A stretch of 23,806 nucleotides of DNA from Polyangiaceae bacterium (GTDB lineage: Bacteria > Myxococcota_A > Polyangia > Polyangiales > Polyangiaceae), in the NCBI GenBank assembly GCA_035063585.1, contig JAPSGB010000059.1, positions 1 through 23,806 of the forward strand. Direction: 5' to 3'. Below the pieces are notes generated by a model. That model ran no database searches. It worked only from the letters and a program-made list of their open reading frames with translations, and was not told the DNA's origin. The translations under genes were made by a program, and so were the position numbers. Below, in pieces: positions 1 through 6,882 of this stretch. The stretch's first letter is position 1. Each line of letters opens with the position of its first letter.

Positions 1-121
1 GCCGGTGCCCGAGACGCCGCCGGTGCCCGAGACGCCGCCGGTGCCCGAGACGCCGCCGGTGCCCGAGACGCCGCCGGTGCCCGAGACGCCGCCGGTGCCC
101 GAGACGCCGCCGGTGCCCGAG
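1..121. repeat. 18-bp perfect tandem repeat GCCGGTGCCCGAGACGCC, at least 6.7 copies, encoding GGVSGT on the minus strand
   Basis: Identical units at 1, 19, 37, 55, 73 and 91, plus a partial unit from 109. Runs off the window edge. Confidence 0.95.
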
Positions 122-408
122 GCGCCGGCGAGTCCTCCGCCTCCCGCGAACCCTCCGCCTCCCGAGGCTCCACCCGCGTTCGTGCTCGCCGTTCCCCCCG
201 TCCCCGCGCCGGAGCCGGCGCTGCCCCCGGTTGCGACTCCGGCGCTGCCCCCGAGCCCGGGCGCGCCACCCATCGAGGCGGTCGGATCATACAGATCCTC
301 ACCCACCGCGCAGGCCGACGTCAGCGCCATCGACCACGCGACCGCGAGCCTTCCGCCCGTTGCGAGCGCGCGCGTAGAGCGCCGTCCACGCGCGCGGCGA
401 GCAAGCAT
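1..408 (-). CDS. N-terminal part of a putative lipoprotein with a Gly/Ser/Thr-rich linker; the 3' end lies beyond the window start
   Basis: Not in the ORF track because no stop falls in the window. Translated by hand from ATG 408: MLARRARGRRSTRALATGGRLAVAWSMALTSAC-AVGEDLYDPTASMGGAPGLGGSAG...(GGVSGT)n. Basic N-terminus, hydrophobic stretch and lipobox-like LTSAC. The frame stays open to position 1. Confidence 0.8.
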   Translation of the reverse strand, partial: MLARRARGRRSTRALATGGRLAVAWSMALTSACAVGEDLYDPTASMGGAPGLGGSAGVATGGSAGSGAGTGGTASTNAGGASGGGGFAGGGGLAGASGTGGVSGTGGVSGTGGVSGTGGVSGTGGVSGTGGVSGTG

Positions 409-429
409 GAGCCGAGCCACCAACGCCGT

Positions 430-459
430 CTTATAACCCACCCCCGGCCGGGCGGTCCA
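430..459 (-). promoter_or_regulatory. Possible sigma-70/SigA-type promoter (TGGACC-N18-TATAAG) for the 1..408 gene
   Basis: An AT-rich TTATAA patch in an otherwise GC-rich intergenic gap, about 21 nt upstream of ATG 408, with a -35-like hexamer at near-canonical spacing. Confidence 0.35.
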
Positions 460-498
460 CCGGCCCCGCCACCCTGCCCAATCTCGGAAACTCAGCCG

Positions 499-542
499 CA
501 AGAAAGACGCGCGCCCCCGGCCCGTCGAGGCCGGAGGCGCGC
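499..542 (-). terminator. Rho-independent terminator of the 573..2072 gene
   Basis: 14-bp stem (509-522 / 529-542) with a 6-nt loop. The single mismatch becomes a G-U pair on the minus-strand RNA. The stem is followed by GUCUUUCUUG and lies 30 nt after the stop at 573. Confidence 0.7.
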
Positions 543-572
543 ACTCGTGCGAGCAACCCGTCGACTAGCCGC

Positions 573-2072
573 TCAGCGACACGCCTGCGTCCGCGCGGTC
601 GCCGTTGAGTTGCACGTCTTCAGACCCGACGCCACCGAGCAACTGACATACGTGCCGCTCGCCCCGCACGCGGGGACCGTCGAGCCCTGCCAGCCGCTGC
701 CCATGCAGAACCCAAAGCTCCCGAAGTTTACATACTGGCAGGTACTGACGAGAGTCGGCCACTGCTTCGTCTCCGTGGCGTCGCAGTCATAGTCGAAGGT
801 CCTGGAGATACCGCCGCCGATCATGCAGCTGATCGGTGCGGCGGGGCAGTAGCTCGTCGTGAAATACTGGGTCTGCCCCGGGAACGCATCGCTGTTACCG
901 TCGTAGCAGTCCGCATTCCCCTTCACAGCAGGGTTCAAGCGGGTGTGTCCGGCCGTGTTGCACTCGGCGCCGGTCCGCTGCGCGGCGCTCGACTTGGCGT
1001 AGCCGTCCTTGTCGCCATCATCCCAGCAGTTGCAGGTCGGCAGCGTCCCGCCGGCGGGAGCGTTGTCCACCCGGCTATCGCAGTCGTTGTCGAGCTGGTC
1101 CGGACCGCACTCGAGCGCCTTCGGGTGCACGTTCGAGTTCGCTTCGTTGCAGTCCGTCAAGCACGAGACGCCATCCTTGTCGGCGTCGGCGTACTCGCAG
1201 GCGCCGTTCGTCGGATTACACGTCCCGGTGCAGCCCACGCCGCCGTTCTGCTGCGGGGCTCCCTGCGCGCAGGTGACGTCGCTGCCGGGCTTGCAGACGT
1301 GGGCGGCCGTATCGCAGGTCTCCTTGCCGTTGCAGGCGTTACCGTCGTCGCAGTTGGCGTCCGCGGTGCAGGTCCACTTGCACTTCGTGCAACCGGGGTC
1401 GTTCGAGTCGCAGTCCTCGCCCGATTCGACGATACCGTTCCCGCACCCCGCCGCGAGACAGACGCCCGCGGAGCAGACTCCGTTGCCTCCGCCCGCGAGC
1501 ACGCATGGGTCGCTGTCGCCCGTCGCGGTGATGCCGGTGCAGGCGTGGCCGGTCGCGCTGCTCGTGTCACAGGTGCCGTCGGTCAGACACTCGGAGTCGG
1601 TCTTGCAGTCGTCGTCCGTGTGGCAGTCGAACTTGCATTGCGTGCACCCCACCACGGTCGTGGCGCCGTTGTCGCACTCCTCGGCGAGCCCGACATCGGT
1701 GAAGCCGTCGCCGCAGGTGGACGCCACGCAGGCCTCCGCGAGACAGATGCGCCCAGCCTCCTGACAGGCGGTACCGTCGCTCTCTCCGGTGCAGTCGTCG
1801 ACGTACGTCGCGCCGCCCGAACCGCCGGAGCCCGCCGTCCCGCCGCCGGAGCCCGCCGTCCCGCCGCCGGAGCCCGCCGTCCCGCCGCCGGAGCCCGCCG
1901 TCCCGCCGCCGGAGCCCGCCGTCCCGCCGCCGGAGCCCGCGGAGCCGTCACCCGTGTTCCCCCCGGTACCGCCCCCGGGCGAGCTCGAGTCATCTCCACC
2001 GCACGCGACCACGACCAGCGCGCCCGTCGCGCAAACCGCCAGAACCGATAGATACTTGGACCAAGAATTCAT
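573..2072 (-). CDS. Cys-rich lipoprotein (499 aa) with Gly-rich linker, myxobacterial disulfide-rich repeats and Asp-rich putative metal/Ca-binding (MopE-like) motifs
   Basis: SD GAGGAGG at 2079-2085 lies 6 nt from the third of three tandem ATGs (2072). Signal MNSWSKYLSVLAVCATGALVVVAC. Contains (GSGGGTA)x5, CGDG...EECDNG and CGNGIVESGEDCD repeats, CDDGNACNGKETCD, and DADKDG...DCNE...VHP...DNDCD / DGDKDGY...DCYD...AFPG motifs. Confidence 0.85.
   Translation of the reverse strand: MNSWSKYLSVLAVCATGALVVVACGGDDSSSPGGGTGGNTGDGSAGSGGGTAGSGGGTAGSGGGTAGSGGGTAGSGGGTAGSGGSGGATYVDDCTGESDGTACQEAGRICLAEACVASTCGDGFTDVGLAEECDNGATTVVGCTQCKFDCHTDDDCKTDSECLTDGTCDTSSATGHACTGITATGDSDPCVLAGGGNGVCSAGVCLAAGCGNGIVESGEDCDSNDPGCTKCKWTCTADANCDDGNACNGKETCDTAAHVCKPGSDVTCAQGAPQQNGGVGCTGTCNPTNGACEYADADKDGVSCLTDCNEANSNVHPKALECGPDQLDNDCDSRVDNAPAGGTLPTCNCWDDGDKDGYAKSSAAQRTGAECNTAGHTRLNPAVKGNADCYDGNSDAFPGQTQYFTTSYCPAAPISCMIGGGISRTFDYDCDATETKQWPTLVSTCQYVNFGSFGFCMGSGWQGSTVPACGASGTYVSCSVASGLKTCNSTATARTQACR
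1822..1940. repeat. 21-bp perfect tandem repeat CCGCCGGAGCCCGCCGTCCCG x5.7, encoding the GSGGGTA linker
   Basis: Units start at 1822, 1843, 1864, 1885 and 1906, with a partial unit at 1927. Confidence 0.95.
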
Positions 2073-2377
2073 CATCATCCTCCTCGATAGACGCTCGCTC
2101 TGCGACGTCACATCCGGCGCATGCGTGGCGAGCCGTTCCACACGCGAGGATTCTTGGCACGGGCTCCGGCGCACGCAACCTGAATCGCGCAGGCCGCCCG
2201 CGGAGCGGTCGAGCCCAATCTCCCCGGCGACCCCGCGCCCGCGAATCCATTGCGCTTGACAAGACTGGCGAACATCCCGCACGCGCGACCACCCGCGGCG
2301 TCCGGGCGCGCTCCGGCGCGCATCTCGACTTTTTGTGCTGAGCCTCGCCGCGCGGGCGCGCTATTGATGAGGGCGAC

Positions 2378-3922
2378 GTGAAGGAGCAGCTCCAGAACTT
2401 GATGTTCGTGCTCGCCCTCGGCGCGTCGGTGGCCATCGTCGCCAAGCGGGTGAACCTGCCTTACAACGTCGCGCTGGTCGTCATCGGGCTGCTCGCCGTG
2501 CTCATCGACATCTTCCCGCACCTGTCGATGAACGCCGAGCTCGTCTTGCTCGTGTTCCTGCCGATGTTGGTCTTCGAGGCCGCCATCTCGGCGAACGCCC
2601 GCGCGCTCCGGCGCGCGGCGACACCGATCGTGGCGCTCGCCCTCCCCGGCGTCGCGATGTCGCTCATCGGCACCGCGGTGGTCGCCAAGGCGGTGCTCGG
2701 CTTCACGTTCGCCGAGGCGCTGCTGCTCGGCTCGCTGCTCGCCATAACCGACACCGTGAGCGTGCTGCTCGCCTTTCGCAGCGTGCGCGCGCCGCATCGG
2801 CTCACCGTCATCATGGAAGGCGAGAGCCTGTTCAACGACGGCACCGCCCTCGTCCTCGTCTCGCTCACCAGCGCCGCCTTCGCCACCGGGACCTTCGACG
2901 CCATCGCCGCGTCACGCAACCTGGTCGTCTCGATCTTCGGCGGAGTGGCCGTCGGCGCCGCGTTCGGCGCGGTGGGCGGGCTGGTCTTGCGGCGCACCCC
3001 CGACCACCTGACGGCCATCTTCTCGACGCTCGTGCTCGTCTTCGCGACCTCACTCGGCGCCGAGCATCTGCACGCCTCGCCGGTCATCGCGGTGGTGGTG
3101 ACGGGGCTCGCCATCGGCGGCGCGGCGCGGCGCTTCCTCGAGCCGTCGAACGTGCTGGCGCTCCAGGGGTTCTGGGAGACGATTGGCTTCTCGCTGAACG
3201 TGCTGCTCTTTCTCATGGTCGGCATGCAGACGCAGGCGTCGATGCTGATCGACAACGCCGGCCCCATCGCGCTCACGCTGGTGGCGCTCCACGCCGGCCG
3301 CGCGGTCGCCGTATACGGCTGCTTCCTCGTCTTGCGGTTCTTCACCAAGGAAGAGATCCCGTTCCGCTGGCAGCACGTCATGGTGTTCGGCAACATCAAG
3401 GGCGCCCTCTCGATGGCCGCCGTGCTCGCCCTCCCGGCCAGCATGCCCGACAAGCCGCGGCTGATGACCATCGTGTTCGGGGTCACCTTCGTGACGCTCG
3501 TGATGCAGGGGCTCCCCTTCCGCCGCTTCCTCCAGGCGCTCGGAATCGACGCCGGTGCCGGCAACCAGCGGCAGGAGTCCGCGCGAGCGTCGCTCGTCTC
3601 GGCGCGGCGCGGGCTCCTCGAGCTCGACGCGCTGCTCGGCGCCGGGCTCGTCTCCCGCGCCGATCACGCCGAGCGGCGCGCCGAGTTCCAGCGCACCGTC
3701 ATCGTCGCCGAGCGGGCCCTCCGCGAGGAGGGCACCGGCGCGACGGAGGGGCCGGTCCGCCGCGTCGCGGAGATGACGCTGCTCGAGGCGCAGAAGGCCG
3801 CCCTCCTCGACGGCGCGCGCCGGGGGCTCTACTCGGGGCACACTGCCGAGGAACAGGTCGCGCTCATCGATCGCAAGCTGTTCGCATTCCGAAATTCCGA
3901 CACCGAGACGGAGGAGGGCTGA
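2378..3922 (+). CDS. nhaP: CPA1-family (NhaP/NhaG-like) Na+(K+)/H+ antiporter, 514 aa
   Basis: GTG start with GAGGG SD. About 12-13 hydrophobic helices. CPA1 motifs FLPMLVFEAA, ITDTVSV, EGESLFNDG and GNIKGALS. Soluble helical C-terminal tail. Confidence 0.9.
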   Translation: MKEQLQNLMFVLALGASVAIVAKRVNLPYNVALVVIGLLAVLIDIFPHLSMNAELVLLVFLPMLVFEAAISANARALRRAATPIVALALPGVAMSLIGTAVVAKAVLGFTFAEALLLGSLLAITDTVSVLLAFRSVRAPHRLTVIMEGESLFNDGTALVLVSLTSAAFATGTFDAIAASRNLVVSIFGGVAVGAAFGAVGGLVLRRTPDHLTAIFSTLVLVFATSLGAEHLHASPVIAVVVTGLAIGGAARRFLEPSNVLALQGFWETIGFSLNVLLFLMVGMQTQASMLIDNAGPIALTLVALHAGRAVAVYGCFLVLRFFTKEEIPFRWQHVMVFGNIKGALSMAAVLALPASMPDKPRLMTIVFGVTFVTLVMQGLPFRRFLQALGIDAGAGNQRQESARASLVSARRGLLELDALLGAGLVSRADHAERRAEFQRTVIVAERALREEGTGATEGPVRRVAEMTLLEAQKAALLDGARRGLYSGHTAEEQVALIDRKLFAFRNSDTETEEG

Positions 3923-3926
3923 GGTC

Positions 3927-4631
3927 ATGCGCCTGCTCATCGCCGGCGGCGGCCGAACCGCCGTAAACGTCGCCTCCCACCTCCGTGGCGGAGGCCATGA
4001 CGTCGCCATCATCGACGCGAGCGCGGAGCGGACGCGCGTCGCGTTCGAGAAGCATGGCCTGGTGGCGTTCCTGGGAGACGCCACCGAGGAGACGGTGCTC
4101 CGCGACGCCGAGCTCGAGCGGGCGGACGTGGTGGTCGCGATGCTCCCCCGCGACGCGGACAACCTATCGGTCGCGGTGCAGGCGCGCCTGGCAGGCGTGC
4201 CGCGCGTGCTGGTACGCGTGCGTGATCCCTCCTACGCAAAGCTCTTCCACCGGGTCGGGATCGAGCGCGTGCTCTCCGAGACGGAGATCGTGATCGGAGC
4301 GTTCACGACCACCATCGAGCACGATCGCGTCCACCACGCGATGCCGCTCGGCGCCGGGCAATCTCTCGCCTTCGAGATCGAAATCCCACAAGACTCCGCG
4401 GTCGCCGGGCGCTCGGTCATGGAGCTCGCGAGCGACCCTGAGTTCCCGAAGACCTGCGTGTTCGCCGGCCTATACGAGCACGACGGCAACGTGGTCGCCC
4501 CGCGCGGCTCCTCGATCATCTACGGCGGCCGCACGGTGCTGCTCGTGGCGCGACGCGAGGACATCGCGCGGGTGAGCGCGTTCTTCGCACCCGCCGACAG
4601 CCCGGCGCGCGGGTCGGTGAAGTCCGGCTGA
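3927..4631 (+). CDS. trkA: TrkA/KtrA-family regulatory protein (RCK_N + RCK_C), 234 aa
   Basis: Rossmann start MRLLIAGGGRTA, then GDATEETVLRDAELERADVVVA and DADNL. C-terminal RCK_C (EIEIPQDSAVAGRSVMEL...PRGSSIIYGG). Starts 4 nt after the antiporter stop. Confidence 0.9.
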   Translation: MRLLIAGGGRTAVNVASHLRGGGHDVAIIDASAERTRVAFEKHGLVAFLGDATEETVLRDAELERADVVVAMLPRDADNLSVAVQARLAGVPRVLVRVRDPSYAKLFHRVGIERVLSETEIVIGAFTTTIEHDRVHHAMPLGAGQSLAFEIEIPQDSAVAGRSVMELASDPEFPKTCVFAGLYEHDGNVVAPRGSSIIYGGRTVLLVARREDIARVSAFFAPADSPARGSVKSG

Positions 4632-4671
4632 GCCCGAGGCCCGCGCAGGTGAGCTGCGGGCGGCGCGACCG

Positions 4672-6813
4672 TCATGCTGGTGCGGGCGCGGCCGGCGGCG
4701 CGGGGAGGGCCGCGGCGGGCGCGGCGAGGAGCAGGGCTCGAGCGACCTCGGGCGAAGCCGGGTAGAAGAGGATGACGTCGCGTTCCGCGAGGCGCCCGAA
4801 CGCGAGGCGGCAGAATTCCTCATACTCGGCCGAGGCGCCGGGCTCGAGCTCGCGCGCGCCGTGCAGGACGAAGAGCTCGGTCGGCGAGCGTCGCTCGAGG
4901 AGCGCCCCGAGCCACGCTCGGGGCGACGGGTAAGGCGAGAGCTCGAGCCCGTCCGAGGCTCCTCGCGCGACGGCCTCGACGCTCGCCCGCTCCGCCGCGT
5001 CGCACAGGATCTCGAGCGGCGCTCCGAGCGCCTTGGCGAGCCGGCCGAGCACGCTCGCCGCGCCCGGCAGCGCCGGAAGCCCCGCCACGCCCGGGGGCAA
5101 GAACCAGAGCACGCGACCGCACACGCCGAGCGGCTGGGGCAAATGGCAGAGAAACGAGTTCGCCCCCGCGTCGCGCACCAGCTCGTCCACCACGCGGCCG
5201 AGGACGGGCGGAGCCGTAGAGGGCACGACCGAGGCGTCTGCGGCGAGCACCTCGTCAGCTCCGCCCACCGACGGGGCGCGGCTCGGCGCGCCGTCCCAGG
5301 GCACCACGACGTTCACCGCGCCGAGCTCCTGGCGCGTGCGGACCAGGCTACGGCCCGGGTCCGGATGCAGGCGCTTGATCGGCTCGGCGACGCGACCGGC
5401 CGCGCTCGCCTGCGCGACGGCAGGCGCGAGGATCGCGTCCGCGTCGGCCATCCGCTGCGCGACGTCCGGACCCTCCTCCACCACGACCGCCGGGTAGAGC
5501 GGCGCGCGCTCGCTCGCGGCGGAGAGGAGCAAGGCGAGCTCCACCGCGGCCTCGGCGTGCTCCGCGGTGGCGAGCGGGATGAGGGTACCGGAGGGCGCCG
5601 CCGCCTCCCCGCCGCGCTCGGCGGACGCCTTCGCCATCGAGGGCGCGTACTTCGCGACCACCCACGGCCCGAGGATGCAGGTCACCAGGATCATCACGAT
5701 GGTGCCGTTCACCACCGCGTCGTCGAAGAGCCCGATGCGGTTGCCCACCATGACCGCCGCGAGCGTAGCGGCGGCCTGCACCACGCTCAGCCCGAACATC
5801 ACCTGGCCTTCGGCGTGGCTGAAACGAAACACGAGCCGGGTCAGCCGAGCCGCCATCCACTTGGTGAGGATGGCCGTCACCGTCATGCTGATGGCGACCG
5901 CCCAGGTCCATAGCCCGCCGAAGAGCACCCGCGCGTCGACCAGCATGCCGACCGAGAGCAAGAAGAAGGGCACGAAGATCGCATCGCCGGTGAAGACGAG
6001 CCGATTCATGAGCGGGCTCGCGTGCGGGATGAGCCGGTTCAAGGCGAGCCCAGCCAGGAACGCGCCGACGATCGGCTCGAGCCCGGCGACGTGCGACAGC
6101 GCGGCGCATAGAAAGACCGTGGTCAGCACGAACACGAATTGCCCGGGCCCGTCGTCGGGGAAGCGCTGGAAGAACCGGCGGCCGAGCCGCGGCAGCCCAA
6201 GCAAGATGGCGGACACGAACACCACGAGCGAGACGCCGAGCTGCCACCAGAAGGCCTCGTTCACCTCGCCGGTGGTCATCTTGGCGATCACCGCGAGCAC
6301 GAGCAGCGCGGCCACGTCGGTGAACATCGTGCCGCCGAGGGTGCTGGTGACAGCCTGGTCTGCGGAGAGACCGAGCTTGCTCACGATGGGATAGGCGAGG
6401 AGCGTGTGCGACGCGAACATGCTCGCGAGCAAGATCGCGGGCGGCCACTCGAAGCCGAGGACGTACCGGGCCATGAGCGTCCCGACCCCTTGCGGCACGC
6501 TGAAGGTCAGGAGCCCAAAGACGACACTATGGACGCCGTGCTTGCGAAAGGCGCCGAGATCCACCTCGAGCGCCGCGGTGAACATGATGTAGATGAGCCC
6601 GACCGCGCCGAGCAGCTCGAAGGAGGCGTCGCGCGCGAGCATCCCGAGCGCGTTCGGCCCGAGCACCGCCCCGGCGAGGATGAGCCCGATCATCCCCGGC
6701 AGGCGCAGCCGCGCCATCACGATCGGGGAGCCCAGGAACAGCACCAGGACGATCGCGAAGATCAGGACCGGATCGCGGATCGGGAAGAGTGCGGGAAAGA
6801 AGTGGCCGAGCAC
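4672..6813 (-). CDS. CPA2-family cation:proton antiporter with C-terminal USP-like domains (~713 aa)
   Basis: Motifs LPGMIGLILAGAVLGP, ALEVDL, FASHTLLAYP, EPIVGAFLAGL and FVPFFLLSVGM. About 300 aa soluble tail with a USP-like start (TLIPLAT...AVELALLL). Start placed at GTG 6813 by similarity to the paralog N-terminus (LFPIRDP vs LPITDP); the ORF track extends to 6858. Confidence 0.9.
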   Translation of the reverse strand: MLGHFFPALFPIRDPVLIFAIVLVLFLGSPIVMARLRLPGMIGLILAGAVLGPNALGMLARDASFELLGAVGLIYIMFTAALEVDLGAFRKHGVHSVVFGLLTFSVPQGVGTLMARYVLGFEWPPAILLASMFASHTLLAYPIVSKLGLSADQAVTSTLGGTMFTDVAALLVLAVIAKMTTGEVNEAFWWQLGVSLVVFVSAILLGLPRLGRRFFQRFPDDGPGQFVFVLTTVFLCAALSHVAGLEPIVGAFLAGLALNRLIPHASPLMNRLVFTGDAIFVPFFLLSVGMLVDARVLFGGLWTWAVAISMTVTAILTKWMAARLTRLVFRFSHAEGQVMFGLSVVQAAATLAAVMVGNRIGLFDDAVVNGTIVMILVTCILGPWVVAKYAPSMAKASAERGGEAAAPSGTLIPLATAEHAEAAVELALLLSAASERAPLYPAVVVEEGPDVAQRMADADAILAPAVAQASAAGRVAEPIKRLHPDPGRSLVRTRQELGAVNVVVPWDGAPSRAPSVGGADEVLAADASVVPSTAPPVLGRVVDELVRDAGANSFLCHLPQPLGVCGRVLWFLPPGVAGLPALPGAASVLGRLAKALGAPLEILCDAAERASVEAVARGASDGLELSPYPSPRAWLGALLERRSPTELFVLHGARELEPGASAEYEEFCRLAFGRLAERDVILFYPASPEVARALLLAAPAAALPAPPAAPAPA

Positions 6814-6852
6814 GCCCGATGATACGCACGTCCCTCGGAGCGCCGCGAGGGT

Positions 6853-6868
6853 TGGCACGCACGTTGCT
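6853..6868 (+). promoter_or_regulatory. Sigma-54 (-24/-12) promoter for the cus-like operon
   Basis: TGGCACGCACGTTGCT matches the consensus TGGCACG-N4-TTGC(T/A) exactly. It sits in the divergent gap and points at the RND operon. Confidence 0.8.
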
Positions 6869-6882
6869 CACCGCTGCTCCGC

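Noticed and set aside
1..121. Tandem repeats here, at 1822-1940 and at 23591-23806 as possible CRISPR arrays
   Set aside because: Head-to-tail units without spacers, lengths divisible by 3, inside coding frames, and no cas genes.
5..436. Plus-strand Pro-rich ORF (PETPPV repeats)
   Set aside because: Antisense shadow of the minus-strand Gly-rich lipoprotein, which has a signal peptide and lipobox.
2155..2170. TGGCACG sigma-54-like -24 element
   Set aside because: No TTGC or GC at the -12 position (reads CCGG).
2256..2261. Perfect TTGACA hexamer upstream of the CPA1 gene
   Set aside because: No -10-like hexamer 16-18 nt downstream, so a promoter call cannot be supported.
2073..2282. 70-aa N-terminal extension of the 573..2282 ORF
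   Set aside because: The strong SD and signal peptide place the start at 2072 (or 2075/2078). The extension looks non-coding.
4639..4661. GC hairpin between the convergent trkA and CPA2 genes
   Set aside because: Bulged short stem with no U tract on either strand; expected by chance at this GC content.
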